64,000 bases of DNA from Octopus sinensis (GCF_006345805.1 NC_043008.1:4030001-4094000); one strand, 5' to 3'; counted from the stretch's first letter, positions 42,125-57,754 are shown. The notes: generated from the letters alone by a model not told the origin. Made by a program: numbers and translations.

Positions 42125-42198
42125 GAACTTATGAAAACAAGACATTTGTACTACAGAGCCAGAAGCAGTTTCAGTCGGGTTGGTAACGAAAGGGTTAA
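42125..42198 (-). mobile_element. Partial piggyBac-type MITE (family 2)
   Basis: cagagccagaagcagtttcagtcgggttggtaacgaaagggTTAA is the reverse complement of the left end of the 56180 MITE. Confidence 0.75.
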
Positions 42199-42834
42199 TC
42201 AATGGACTATGAGGCATCAAAAGCAGAAGAGTTTGCAAAAGAAATGGGCTTCAAATGTTTCATTACAAAGTAATTCTCATGCCTGCACTTGAGTTGATGC
42301 CCTTCATCTGAGTGGCCCATTTTTGTATGTAGTTTATGAAGCCTTTGTGCTCCAATGGATAACTACAGTTATTTTTACAACTGGTTATTTAAGTGAGATT
42401 TGAAAGAAAAAAAATGAAAGATTGTCTTGTTAGTAAACATTTGTAACACCCAGATATAATTTGTTATTAAATAATATCTAATTAATTTTCTTGCTTTCAA
42501 ACACTGCATTGACAATTCAACTTGAGAGCTTTATTATCAAACATCAATTTCAAAAAATAATTTAATTTGAACTCAATGATATCCATAACCATTCTGATGC
42601 AATTGCAAAATGGATTTTTCTCCTTGAAGTATCACCATTTATCAGCAATGTCATGGAATGAAGTTTAAGAAAGATTTTTGAAAAATATTTGGAGGAAAAA
42701 AATTAAAATGTGGATTATCCATAACAAGAACAAAAATTCATGTTGACAAGGAATGAGAGCTGATTACAAATAAAATTCCTGACAGAATCGCAGATGATAT
42801 CCATTATGGATATTTTGGAAATCAGTTTGTAATT

Positions 42835-43205
42835 TATCTTTTATCTTCTACTTGTCTAGTCATTGCACTGCAGTCATGCTGGGGCACCGGTTTAGTGGAT
42901 CAAACTAATCACAGTACTTGTTTCATTTTTTAAAGTCTGGTACTTGTTCTATCGAACACTTTTGCTGAACTGCTAAGTTGCAGTGACTGAAACAACACAA
43001 CATCAGTTGTCAAGCAGTAATGGAGGAATGCACCCCCACCCACGCACACACAGATGACAGTTTCAGTTTCTGTCTACAAAATACAGTCAGGCTTTAATCA
43101 GCCTGAGGTTATAGTAGAAGACATTTTACCAGGGTGACATGCAGTGGGACTGAACCTGAGATCATGGGGCTGGGACACAAAGTCCTTACCACATAGCTAT
43201 GCCTA
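42835..43205 (-). mobile_element. Family B SINE
   Basis: catgctggggcacc tail; ggttatagtagaagac..cagtgggactgaacc..ccttaccacatagc head on the reverse strand. Confidence 0.75.
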
Positions 43206-45499
43206 TACCCACACCACACCTATGAAACTATATAAACGATGTTGGAAATATTAGGTTGTAACTAAATTAGAAGAGAATGAATTAAATTTTCAAGAAGTAT
43301 TCTCAGAAGCTCCTTCAACTGGTTCCAAAGTGTAGAATGCTCCAAAAATACTTCTTTGTTGCATGCAACATTGATTAATTTCAAATGCAATATAAGTATA
43401 AACAATTTATCAATGCTAAATATGAACAGTAAGCAATCAGCTTTGAATGATGTTTCTAAAAGAAATAACTGTTAATAAAATGAATTCTATTAAATCAAAT
43501 AAATAATAATTTATCTTTTTTAAAAGGAAAAATTGTTTATAACAATGAATATGAATTAGCTGGATCTGTAAAAATTCCATGGGTTACATGACATTCATTT
43601 TCTCTATAAAATATAAATAGGTTATATTTAATCTATGTGTTGAATCAGGGTCCTGTTTTATTTTAACGTAATGCAGTTCACACTTTTTTCTTATTTGAAT
43701 GTTAACTAATTTTTCAGGAATTTTGCTTTTTGAACAACATATGGTAAAATAAAAAGCAAGTTTAATGAATTGTTTTAAGAAATATGAAATTTAATTCAAC
43801 AAAGAAAAAAAGCCACTGTGATACCAAAATTAGTTAAATTGCTTAAAACGAGTACTTTTCTCTAAATGAAATTACATTTCAAGTTATTTGTTGTTGAAAC
43901 TATTATGCGATATGTGCTATTTCTATAGGCAAGGTAAGATATCACTGATGAGAAGACAGGGTACAAGCCCACCAGGTAAAGGGTTTTATTGAAGCAACTC
44001 TGACAGCTCTGAATCCAAAGAAAAATTTCGTTTGTCTATCAATAAGTTTGGCTGCTTTGAGGAGTGGAAACAATATTGATGTTTTAGGCTACATGCTCTT
44101 CGTGAAATGTCAGTTTTTAGCCATTCCTCCTGGCATCTGAACTTATGGATACACAACAGACTCTCCTTTGGATTTACTATTATTGCTTCTGCAATGATAA
44201 CAAGAATACTTTACTGTGATTCTGGATTTTCTTTATGGCATCAAACGCAAAACTTCAAATAATGGTAAAGTAACCACTTAAACAAATACACGTGCACAGA
44301 CACACCCGCACACATGCATCCTGTGGTTACTTATTTAAAGGAACATGGTTAGGCTACTCAGAATGAAGAAATCAAAGAATTACTGCTGAGTCTTAAAATA
44401 CATGCACACGCACACACACGCACACACGCACACACACACACACACACACACATTTGTTTATAGGATAGCTTTATCTAGAGTATGTGGGCTGACAATAACC
44501 ACTTAAGAAATTAAAAGAAGGATGGGACAAGGCCAGTACACTGTGTAGAGGATCCAAAAGTATTCAGCCTCACAAAACACTGCTCTGATTAGCAGATCGA
44601 TGACCACACCACTTTGAAGGATTTCTGTCCCTATGTTAGCCAATGTGTTCTTTCCTTTTTTCAAAAATAGTAAGGAATTGAGGGTGATTTGGTTGCTGTG
44701 AGAACCTGTACCGGGCTTCCTTGTCGGACGATAAAGAAGTTGGTTGTTATTGTCATTTAACTCCTTTATTTATGCATTTATATGGGGTTTTTTTTTTGGA
44801 TGCCCAAGAATCAGCAACATCAACCTCCCTCGTTCACCAAATTCCACATACCGGAAGAGGTTTAGTGACAGTGTAGCTAAGCTAACAATAGTGCCCCAGC
44901 ATGGCCATAGCTCTTGGGCTGAAACTAGTCATGTAAAGTATCCAGAGCTACAGTGTCCAATGTGTCCTTCCTTTTATAACATGAGAGGAGATGATTCGAA
45001 GGCGAGTTGGCTTCTATGTCTAACAGATTGATCACCTACATTGTATTTCCATCATGAAGCTATGAAGAAGCACGTATGTACATTAGGTGGACCTGGGTAG
45101 GGGTGTGATAAAGGTGTCAGGTGTTAAAAGTAATGTTTTATAAGTTAAAAGATACCATAATGAACCTGCAATGTTTAATATAAAAACACATCATTAACTT
45201 TTTAAATTTTTATAATATATGATTATAAAATAATTTTCCATCCAGTTTGAAGTCAACTTTGAAGTTTTTAATTATGGTTTAATACATGTTGGTTTATGTT
45301 TTAATATTATCGATTTTATTTCTACCAACTTTCATGACTTGTGCTGGGTCTTCTCACATCACAGTCAATCAGTGACTCTCGTTTCTCTCATCAACCCCCA
45401 CTCATCACCAACACAGGCAAGTAAAAATAAATGTTGCCACTGTAAACTAATTTCCCATTTAATAACCGTGCTTCTGTGTGTGTGTCTGTATGTGTCTGT

Positions 45500-46003
<504 letters not shown>

Positions 46004-46038
46004 CCTGCACTTATACATACATACATACATACATATAT

Positions 46039-46130
<92 letters not shown>

Positions 46131-47501
46131 CAGCAACATCCTTGCTTGAATGGGTTGGACAACAACCAGAAAGCCTTCTCGGTGCTGATCCCTTGCCTTC
46201 TTTGTAGCTGGACATGTTTTCATGGAAGATTGGAAACAAACAACACTGCTTGTGTGACAATGAAATTCATTTGCAACTATCAGATGCAGTCAAGACAAGG
46301 AGACATTAACTTATGTGAATGCAAGCAGGGCAGCGTGCCCTGGTTGTTGTCAAAGCTTACAATGTCCATGTCAGCACCACCTATTGCCTGCAATACAACA
46401 ATGCCAACAGCATTGCAGACCATGCCTGCAGAGGGCACCCCTGGCTGACCACACCCAGGCAGGATTACTTCATCCACCTGCAACACCTCTGTGATCGCTT
46501 CAAACTGGCCAGCGTGACAGCTCACGAGATCATTGACTCTAGACAGTAACTCATCAGCAATGACACAGGATGATGTTGACTGGCCACCAACAACCTGCAT
46601 CACCATCGTCCTGATTGAGGGACTCTCTTTAACGCCTGCCACCGTCAGACATGACTACAGTCAGTTACACAGCACCGACATTGGCGGCATCAACATTGGA
46701 AGTCGATAGTCTTCTCCGACGAGAGCTGGTACTGCATTTCTACCTCAGATGGCAGAATGAGGGTGTGGCGTATGAGGGGTGAACGCTGCAGAAATGCATG
46801 TGTCATGGAGAGAGATGCATGGAGTGGCCAAAGCATCATCGTTTGGGGTGCTATAGGCCTGAATCAAAGAATTGAGTCCCATATGTTCCAAAATGTTGGT
46901 GCAGGCATAAGGAATGGCATCACAGCACAGTGCTACGTTGACCAGATTCTAAGACCTCACATCATGCTTGTCTTCATGTGTCACCATAGCCACGTATTCC
47001 AGCAGGACAATGCTCCCTCCCACATGGCCAAGATCACCATGGACTTCCTGCATCAGCACAACATCAGAACCATGTCGTGGCCGGCTCTCAGCCCTGATTT
47101 GAAACCAATTGAATACCTGTGGGATGAAATCCAGAGATGGCTGAACCAGCTGGTTCCAAGGCCAACAAGTCATGTGGAACTGAAGGCAGCTTTCCTCAGG
47201 GTGTGGGCACAGGTGCCCATGGCTTTTTTGAACTGCCTCATGCACCCCATGTACCAATGGTGTATGGTTGTTTTCAACACTCAGGGAGAGCATAGACAGT
47301 ATTGGACATGTCATGCCCTATAATCTCGATGTGCTGGATCCACCCACTACCAGAACACATGACTACAACCCATAGAGTGTGGTCAAAGTGCATCCAAGAA
47401 ATTGACCTTATAAGATTTATCAAAATTTATCTCTGACATAATGAAATTAAAACATATTTCACAGTCACATACGTCTCACGTTTCTTTTGCCGTTCAATGT
47501 A
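46131..47501 (+). mobile_element. Tc1-family transposon relic (DD34E)
   Basis: IVFSDESW..DGRMRVWR, VWGAI, FQQDNAPSH with 34 residues counted to the E of SPDLKPIEYLWD; right TIR ..tttcttttgccgttcaatgTA at 47501; left end lost in (TA)n; N-terminus frameshifted. Confidence 0.9.
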
Positions 47502-48281
47502 GATAAAGCTCAACATATTCTCTGTGACAGGCTTTCACTTTAGTGAATCCATTCTCAAGGCTTTAGACACCCTGGGCCTGTAGTAGAAGACACTTGCCCA
47601 GGGTGCCACAGAGTGGGATTGAAACCAAAACCACGTGGTTGGGAAGCAAACTTCCCAACACAACACCTGCCTGTGATGAAGTTAATTGACTGACAAATTA
47701 AGTTTTCATTTTTCTTCATCTCCCTTTTCATATATTTGTGGGTTTAACTGAAGCAAGAGAAATTGAAATTTGCTTGTAGATTAGAACTTTGGTAAGAAGT
47801 CAAATTTTTTAATCACTATACAATACTTCAGTTCTTTTGATATTGAATGTAATCTTCTTTCATCTGTATATTCTTCTCTCATTTGTCTACATTTTATGCT
47901 TTGAAAACCAATGTTTTAATGTATATTAGTTGGTATTCACGATTTGTCTCTGAGTCAATATCCTGTCCTCTAATTAACTGTCTTTGTCTGTATCAACATA
48001 TTCTTTGACAAAATAAACATTTGTCCTCCCAGTCTTCCTCCTTGCTTTTGTAAGTACTTGAACTAGAAATATTTTGCATTGAGCATAATTAAATCATTAT
48101 TCTACCTTTACAATCTGTGCTCTAAAAGTAATTTAAACAAACCATAATTATGGTAAGAAATACACAAAGCGTATTTAATGCTGACAAACATATATCTTGA
48201 GGTAGAGAATGTGAGACTACACGGTTCATTTTGGAAATTCTATTCCCCACAACACACACATGTGCACGTGCATATGCACAG

Positions 48282-48329
<48 letters not shown>

Positions 48330-49154
48330 CTCATTTTTAGCTCCTGGTTTTCTTTATAGAAACCAATGAAAAATATAATAGAAAAGAAAAGAAAAAAAAT
48401 CTCATGCTATTAAGAAAATATTTTAGTCTACAGAAAATAAAGTTTATTTTAATACTCTACAGAATAAATTTTAGACTGGGTACAAGTTTCAAAGGAAACA
48501 TTCTGCCTGGAGCTATACTTAATCTATTCTGTTCAAATGAAATTTTATATCTCTCCTTTCCATTTAATGTCTTATTTTCTTTTGCTCTCTCTCAATTTCT
48601 AGTTGTTCTGTTCACCCCTAGCCACCACACCCAGCTCATTCTTTTCTATGTGCCAATCTTTTAAAAATAACATTGGTAGATAGATAGATAGATAGATAGA
48701 TAGATACACACACAAACATATAATTTCTGGCAAATAACTAGGATATTATCAGAAAGAAGTAACAAATATGAAATAGATTTTTTTTCTGGAAAACTTACTT
48801 TTCCAAAAATGCAAACAAAACGAAAAAGAAAAATATTATTTATTTTGTTTCACTATTTTCAAATATTTTATGCAAAATTTACAAAACTCATCTTCTTCCA
48901 TATATAGTTACACACACATGTATACGTACACCAATTAGTATTTTAAAAATATAAGTAATGCTAAATTTTGGGGAATTTGCATAATTCTTTTCTTCAGCTT
49001 GAAAATCCCTTACTCTGCCACCTATCTCCATATCTTTATATTTAATATATGCCTTTTTATCTATTGTATTAACTGCATCGTAGAAATTTAACCTATGCTG
49101 TTGTATTTATTTCGTTTTTCTTTTTTTTTTCTTCTACTGTCCATTGTAGGGAAT

Positions 49155-49379
49155 AGATTAGCATTTGAACTGGCCATATCCAGCCCAAATATTCTACATG
49201 TTTTAGGTTCAAACTGGCCAGAGCTGGTCTCTCACACCTACCCTACAATGTCATCCTAAAATTAATGAATGACATCTTTGAAATCTCAGTAGTGTCAGGC
49301 ATGGCAGGATTAATTCAAAACAATGTGAATGAATAAGCCTTACATTTGACACAGTAAAACCTGAATGATGAAGGGTTAA
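49155..49379 (-). mobile_element. piggyBac-type MITE (family 1)
   Basis: Reverse complement of the 1986-2200 copy; ends aagggTTAA. Confidence 0.7.
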
Positions 49380-51935
49380 AGTTTTACACAGAAGTTGTCA
49401 TGTGGAATACTTAATTTACACATAATACATTCCTTGTGTGTGTGTGTGTGTGTAGGTGAACATATTTGCCATGCCTCAAGCCCTTAACTTCTTGCTGGAA
49501 CCATAGGAGTATCATTGTAACACAGTTTGTCTTGGATGTTTTTAAATCTGACTGAGTCTATCCTTTTCCAGATCCGACTACTCTCAGTTTTTTTATAGAA
49601 AGATGGACAGAAGGGAAGAAAACTTTAGAGAGAAGAACCAACACCCAGAACAAAACTGACTCTTTGTTTATCAATCTGAAAAGGAGGGAAAATAAATTTG
49701 ACCTTGGCTGGATTTGAACTCAAAGATGCTGAGAAATGGAATGATTACTACAATGCATTCTACACAATGCTCCATCAACTCTACCAGTTGACTGCTGTGT
49801 GGTTGAAAAGTTCGCTTGCCAACCACATGGCGTCAGGTACAGTTCCACTGCAAAGCACTGTCAGTTCCACTTTAGCCTGCATTGACCGAAACCTTGTGAG
49901 TGTATTTGAGAGATGGAAACGGAACAGTGCTTGCTGTATGTGTGCATATGTGTATGTATGCGTCTCCTTTTTCTGACATCGCATAATTGTTGTAAATGGA
50001 TGTTATTTGTATCCAGTATTCTGTCAAAGCATGTCTGACAATAGGGAAATATTACCTTGATTGGAACTAGATGAGGATCCGGTCCTTTTTACAAATATAT
50101 TGTATCTAGAGCAACATTCTTCAGTGAATCTGTATTTAAGCCATGAACAAGATTTAGCTGCTAATTTCCAATGACGTTTCTTTGTTGGTTGATGTAGGCT
50201 CTTTTATTCAGTGGCATAGCAGTGTCACCATTGGATCATAAACAGGCACAATCATTGGCTAATTAGAATCTTTGCAATTTTTCTCACACTGAGCCTTCAT
50301 TGAATCATGAGACTGCCCTAGCTGAATAGAATTCAATCACCGTTGAAGTCTTGATCAATATATATTATCAAATCTATTGCGTACGTATTCACACTGTAAA
50401 ACAAGGAAGTTCACTCCAGATTGAAACTCACATTAATATGTGAACTATATTTATAATCTCTGAAAATTGTCTGTTTCATAAATGCCGGTTTTTTTTTGGT
50501 TTTTTTCACTCATTTGATTTGATGTCTTCTGTCATTTCCGGATGATGTACATATACAGATTATCATATTTACACATTAATATTTGCTGTGCATTAACACT
50601 TGTTCAACACTCTTTCATAGAAATTCTATAAAATTAGGTGATATAAATACATATATATATTATATATATAACCACAATTTCCACGAGAATCATGCTTCAT
50701 AAATAAAGAATAATGAATGAAAAAAAAAAATGCTCATCCTAATTTATAAAATTGATCATGCATTATACATTTCAAATTTCTTCACCAATCACTGTTATGT
50801 TGAGTATTCTGGAGAGATCAATACAGCCAGGGAATCATGGCATTCCTTTTGATGCAGTGGAAAACAAAAAAGAGAAAAAGAAAAAAAAGAGATAGAAAAG
50901 AAAAATGGATTTCTGAGGTTGCTATGAACTTTTAAAGAGACATAGTCTTTATCACTCTTCTTTGATAGAAAATTTATTGAAAAAGTGATTTTTAGTGTTG
51001 TACAGTTTTGAAAAGAGTCGTCTTTGTCAATAACTTTTCACACGATTATTAACATTATTCTCTTGTTCGTTCTTTCATTATTTAGTTTGGAGTAGCCAAG
51101 TTTTTTGTCATACTCCTGTGACTAGCTCATTGATCTCTTCCACATATAAATATGTTATTAAGGTTATGGAAATGTTGAAACTTGTATAAATATGTTGGAA
51201 CATGACTGACAAACACTAAGAGAGTATTATTTACGGATTATATTTAAAATTTTCATGATATCGTATCATTTATTGTACATTTAGCAATACAATCTTTTCA
51301 TTTAAACTTATGCACATATGTGTGGCTATGTAAATATACATGAAAATAGAAGAGTAACAGTATGGCGTCTATATGTGTGTATTGTGTGTGTGTGTGAGAG
51401 TAATATTAGTAAAAATATTCAAAATGTTTGGGGGGGGTTTTTTATGGAACTTATATAATAAACATATATGTATGCTTTCATTTGATTCAGGAGAGAAATT
51501 ACAGGTTGACATTTTTTCATCAGTTTCACACAGAAATATACAAGGAAAAAAAAAAAAACAATTATGGATTGCAATATATTAAAAATATACTTCTTGAATC
51601 ACAAAATTACATTTTTGTTTCTTTTGAACTGGAAATAAAATGGAAATTTGGTCAAATTTTATACAAAAACGAGAATCATTTAAAACATAAAAGATACCCA
51701 AAATTACATTGCATTTTAGGTGTATCTGGAATTATATGTGTGTGTGTATATATATAGATAGATATTATGAATATGTATTGTATGTATGTGTGTTTATATA
51801 TATATTTATATATATATATATATAAATTGTAGATTGTATATCATCATCATCATCATCATCGTTTAGCATCCGTTTTCCATGCTATATATTTATATTATAT
51901 ATTGTATATATATATGTGTGTTATATATAGTGTGT

Positions 51936-51979
<44 letters not shown>

Positions 51980-52228
51980 TTGATATATATATATATATAT
52001 ATATATGTGTGTTTGATATATATATATATATGTGTTTGATATATATATATATATATATAGGGAGAGAGAGAGTGAGAGAGAGAGATGGCCAGATAACAGA
52101 AGAGATGGTGGTGTGGATATCCACCTCGGTATCCAAAACTCAGAGTTTTATCTTGGCTACCGAATAATTGTCACATATTATTTTACAGATATGTGTTATA
52201 TATATATATATATATATGTTTTTATATA

Positions 52229-52379
52229 CAGTGTTTACCCCACTTATTCATGGTTTGACATTCACTGTCCTGGTTATTCGCGGAATGAATAATTGTTCAC
52301 GGAAACCACCGAATATTCATTGGATTGCAAGAATCATCTGTAATTTTTCATTACTTATTTTGTCGCAATCTCTCTCTCT

Positions 52380-52427
<48 letters not shown>

Positions 52428-53490
52428 GTATAGATTACTGTATCTAGTGCTAATACAAACTAAATTTTTGAAACCCATGATTATCTCTGCTCAGTCTCCC
52501 ATTGGTGGTTTGCGCATATTAGACACAAGGAAGATTTGTTTTTGTACGTTTCGTTTTGGGGTAAAAAACTGCATCCAGTTTTTTCACCAACACTCTTGAG
52601 GGTTGTGTTTTTCACAGCATGTTATTAAAGCCTTAAGATGCTACCCAAATGCCCTACATCTTCCAAGACTTCTGGCAGCGAACCTTAGCACCAGAAAAAG
52701 GTTAGGATGTTCCATGAGAAAGCACAACTATTGAATATGCTTCAGGAAGGTAAAAGTTATGCTGCAGTAGGTTGCTGTTGTGATGTCAATGAAAGCACTC
52801 TACGCTACATAAAAAGAATGAGGTAGCGATCAGGTCTACCATAGCAGTAAGTTTCAGTTAAAGTGCCCAAAAGATAATGCCAGTGAGAAATAAGGCGTTG
52901 GTCAGGATGGAATCTACCTTGGCATTGTGGAAGAAGAAAAACATCCCCTTGAGTGGTAACATCATCCGCGAGAAAGCACGGAAATTATACCAGCAGTTAG
53001 ACAAAAGAGACAGGGCAGAATGTGTTGAAGAACCACAACCAAGACAATTTACAGCACCAGAGCCCAAGGATTTTCAAACCAGCTAGGGAGGGTTTGACCG
53101 TTTCCAGAAACGGTTTCAAATAGAGTGTATTTCCCTGCATGGAGAGACAACATCAGTCAACAAAGGAAGCCACCGAGAAGTACCTTGAGACCTTTGAGGC
53201 AGACAAACTGAGGACGAGGGATACAAGCTGGAGCAGGTTTTCAATATGGACGAGATTGGTTTGTTCTGGAAGAAGATGCCTTCCAGAACATACATCGTGA
53301 AGAACAAAGCCAGAGTCCCAGGATTTAAGGCACAGAAGGACAGAGTGAAGTTAATTATGTGTGGCTATGCTGCTAGCTTTATATTGAAATCAGGGCTTAT
53401 CTACAAACCCAAGGGTCTTCAAAAAAAAGAAAACTTGCTGCCTGTCCACTGGATGCACAACCATAAGGCCTGGATTACCAAAAGTCTAAC
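52229..53490 (+). mobile_element. Tigger/pogo transposon relic, 3'-truncated
   Basis: TA+CAGT terminus; psq-HTH (LNMLQEGKSYAAVG..VNESTLRYI), CENP-B HTH (NIPLSGNIIREKA), DDE_1 (QVFNMDEIGLFWKKMPSRTY..KAQKDRV..WMHNHKAWIT); a microsatellite sits in the 5' region. Confidence 0.9.
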
Positions 53491-55500
53491 TTTTGGAATA
53501 CCCCCCAAAGACACAACTCATAGCATTTTTTGATAAATAAAGTTATTATCTCTTATTATGTATCTGATTGTTTTATAAACATAAACCTGACCTCAAATAT
53601 ATTGTGCACCCTGTGTATATATATATATATATATATATAAATATATAACAAAGTGAAGATGTAAGGTTCCGCATGAGTGGAATTATATATGAAAGAAGGT
53701 TTGAAATGTGTTAGGTACTGGTTGTCACAAAATATTACAATACATATATACATTCTTTGATAATAATAAGAACATGTTAAATGTTTAATGAACTTTTTAA
53801 TATTTTCCCAAGATTTTTCCTTGAAAACTGTTTTTAACATTTTCTTATTATTATCAAAGAATGTATATATGTATTGTGATATTTTGTGACAACCAGTACC
53901 TAACCCAACAAAGCTTTTACATTTTACTTTTGACAATCTTTTTCTAAAAAAGTGAAACCGGTCAAGTGAATAAACATCTTTTAAAATTGCATTTTCAAAC
54001 CTTCTTTCATATATATATATATATATATATAGCACAGAATGTATGGGATGCCATGAAAAATGCTCACAGTACACTCTCTGCTCATTTCACCATGCAGCTA
54101 TGACCATGCTGGAGCACCATAGTCTTTGATCATATTCATATTTTCCAACTTGTTAAATAACTCATTACACATATGTCATCGGCACAACAGTAAGCAAAGA
54201 CTAAACGATACTTGTGCCTCCATTCTTCACTTGCTACATGTGTAGCAGTCACTCAGAAGCAAACATGGCTGGGAAACATGTATCATGCTTTCACTAATTA
54301 CTGTACATGCCTATGCAGTTGTATGCAGGCATTGATACTACTATATGTAATCAGCCAGCCATCAGGCAAAATGAGGATATTGTCATCTTTGGATATCATA
54401 TCATATCATATATATACATATATATTGGTGTGTGTCTATCAATAGATATATAAATATGTTTACATACACATACACACATATATATATATATATACACGTG
54501 TACATACACATTGGTGCATGTATATTGTAACCCTTTAAGAGCCTGACCTACAAGCAATTGCAAAATGCATTAGTGAAGTTGGTTCTGTTCGTTCTTTATC
54601 TCCTTAGAGATGTCTTTGTATGAATGATTCCATTTTTAGTCTCCACTGAATTGTAATTTTTCAATGAAACAAGACACATTAATGTTGAAACTTTCTCATA
54701 TTATGATATTAGATATTGATTTCTATTAAACTAATGATCATTTGGGATTTGTGAATCTGAAAGATTTCTCAAAGAATGCAAAGGGACATATAAAAAAAAA
54801 ATCCCTTTTCATTGACTGCATTGAATCAGAAAGTAAAAGAACTGTACAAATAAATACACTTCTGAAATGTGAGAGAACAGTCATCAAATATTTGGACACA
54901 GCAACATTGCTGCCTTGTTTACATTCTTTGTTGTTGTAGAAGAAGAAAACCTTTTTATTCTCTCCTTTTTTTTAATTCTTTTTATGCTTTTTTCCCCTTT
55001 TATTTTTGTTTTGTTTTTGACAGCATGATCCACAGAGAAATGAATTGTTGATTCTTGATTTAATATGAATAATACTTGTGTAGGTTTAAGGGATAATCTT
55101 ATTGATCATTCATGTATCATTTGAAATTACTTAGTTCTTTTTGTTTTGTTTCTTTTGTTGTTGTTGTTGTTGTTGTTGTTTTTATACATTATACATAGAC
55201 ATGTGGGATAAACATTACTTAATTTTTAGTTTGTTTTGTTTCTTGTCTTTTTTTAGTTTTTCACTTTTAAAGACAGTATTTACACCAGTTTCTGGTTCGT
55301 TCATTTACTCACATAGAAAATTCACTTGTCAGAGATGTGTGTTCATAGAGTATGTGGGTGTGTTTGTGTGTCAATATATTTATGTATGTGTGTTTGTGTG
55401 TGTATGTATGCATATATATGTATGTACAAAGATATATATATGTGTGTGTGTGTAAGTATATATGTATGTATATATCTGTATACACTCAAACACATATATG

Positions 55501-55532
<32 letters not shown>

Positions 55533-55749
55533 CACACACACACAGAATTAGTACTCTATATCAAAAGGCTCATCAAAAAAAGACAAAAAGAACAAAGAGA
55601 GTGTGCTAAAACACATAAAATGGAAACTCCTTTAATAAAGATAAGTCAAATTCTTTTACATCTGTTGATCGTGGGTTCAGTTTCAAATCCCTGAAAACCC
55701 TACAACAAGGTTATGCTACTGTTTGAGGCAGACCTTTTCAGTTTCATAA

Positions 55750-57510
55750 AAAAGTAAAATTCAATAACTCCATGAACAGGACAGTTTCTAATGCGAGTTA
55801 AAAGAACACCTGTCCCTTTCAAGTGCTCCAGTAATCTTTTTGTGTAAGCTGATAAAACAAAGATATGTTTGGATTACAGAGACAAACCTACAACCCACTT
55901 CTCAGTAACATCACCAGTGCATATAAAACAAACCCAGCCACAGTACTTGCAACATGAATAACAAAGGGCTAAGTGCTTTACAATACAGTTAAACATAGCA
56001 GAGAGGGTAGAATGCTTCAACTCATGAAAACACTATCTCTTAATGAAAAACCATGAATACAACTTCACTGGAAGTTCCAAGTACAAACTCATCAACCATG
56101 CAAAGTTTATACTCAACGTGAATGCCAAAATCAGGATGGCTACTGCCTTGTAACAGATCTGTAGTTAAGGCACCATTAACCCTTTCGTTATCAACCCAGC
56201 TGAAACTGGCTGTGGCTCTGAGTGCAAAAGTCTTGTTTTCATAAGTTTTGAATTAAAATCTTCCACCAAACCTTAGTTACAATTTATGTTGCTAACACTA
56301 GCTTAATGATAACTAAGTTATTTTACTAAATTCTTTGTTATATTTAAAATTAATTGAAAGAAACACAGAGCATCTCAAAATAAATACAGTAATGAAAGGG
56401 TTAAGAGGTTTCGCAGCATTATGAACAAGCATAACTAAAAGTTCAGTCAGCTCAATATTGTGGACTCCAAGTGCTTGGTTTCAACAAAACCTATTCATCC
56501 ATTTCTGAACCTGATTCCAGCATTATTCTAAAGGCCAGAAAATAATGGCTTATACTACAACAACTGTTTTTGAGTGAAGAGACATAAGAGACAAGCTCTT
56601 CAGTCAATCCATGGGCAGTTTTGATGGCACGGAAATAGCAGATCTTCTAATATTGCCCCTGTGAAACATTCTTGAGAATAAAGTACCAGGTGTAGAATTT
56701 AGATAGTACCACAATGACAGACTAGGTATACTCAAAACCATAGTGGCCATGAAACGAAATTATGAAAGTCCTTAACCAATAGTCCATTCCAACTCAAGAT
56801 CATGGTCATTACCAACTGGAAGACAGGGAACATCCTGGATCTTACTCTGGCTTTATGTACAGGTTTACACTATAAGCCAAATGAAAATAATATAAATATA
56901 TAAAATCAAATACTCTAAACCATAGATATCATTTGGGAAAAATTGGTAATGTAAGTAGATGCATTTCTGACCTGTCTTGAAACAGACCTGTCTTCAATAG
57001 AGCTGTCTCATATTACAACAATGTGTGGGGAAATGTGTTTTTACTAATGATAAAAGGTATTTTGAGACCGTTCCCATCAAGCAACATTATTCCAAAATCA
57101 GAGAGGCAATATGGTTCAGTCCACTTTCCAGTATAATGTATGCACCCATATTGTTTCATAAGAAAGCACTTCCCTGGATCACACGTATAATAAAATATTT
57201 AAGTGTATGGTTAAGGTCAACTACTGCTGCCTTGGTAATATAGGGTCCCAGATAGGGAATCACAGCAAAACAACTGCATAGACCAACAATTTCAACCCAG
57301 ACTCACACACAAAGATAGGTCACAATGTCCGCTTGAAAATAAATGCCACTCTATAGAACTTGTTATATAGCAGAGGTATACAACAGCGAAGACACCACCA
57401 AAATGTATATGAGGCACACAGAAAACCCATTTCAGACCTATTTCACACAACACACGTATACATTCAGAAACAGAAGTATGAGGAACTCTACATTACTGTT
57501 AAAATACATG
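55750..57510 (+). mobile_element. Decayed Penelope-like element (Naiad-type RT plus C-terminal GIY-YIG)
   Basis: NLFV*ADKT, YNPLLSNITSAYK, MKNHEYNF..KYKLINHAK, FSQLNIVD, SMGSFDGTEIADL, YHND (YxDD relic), NILDLTL..YKPN, CPLENKC, YIAEV..KMYMRHTENPFQTYFTQHTYTFRN..RNST. Confidence 0.8.
56176..56404 (+). mobile_element. Complete piggyBac-type MITE (family 2), 221 bp, TTAA TSD
   Basis: TTAA|ccctttcgtta ... taatgaaaggg|TTAA (TSDs 56176-79 and 56401-04), inserted within the Penelope-like RT region. Confidence 0.9.
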
Positions 57511-57544
57511 TCATTTAAATACTGGTGTATCTAATATCTGCTAT

Positions 57545-57546
57545 TT

Positions 57547-57577
<31 letters not shown>

Positions 57578-57579
57578 TA

Positions 57580-57616
<37 letters not shown>

Positions 57617-57649
57617 GTTGTTATTATCATTATTACTACTACTACTACC

Positions 57650-57708
<59 letters not shown>

Positions 57709-57754
57709 CACTACCACCACCACCACCACCACTACTACTACTACTACTGCTACT
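57545..57754. repeat. Compound (ATT)n-(ACT)n-(ACC)n microsatellite
   Basis: Read directly. Confidence 0.95.

Noticed and set aside
56560-56590. In-frame TGA in the Penelope-like ORF as possible selenocysteine
   Set aside because: The copy also has TAA stops and frameshifts, and this TGA aligns with an expected Trp; ordinary decay explains it.
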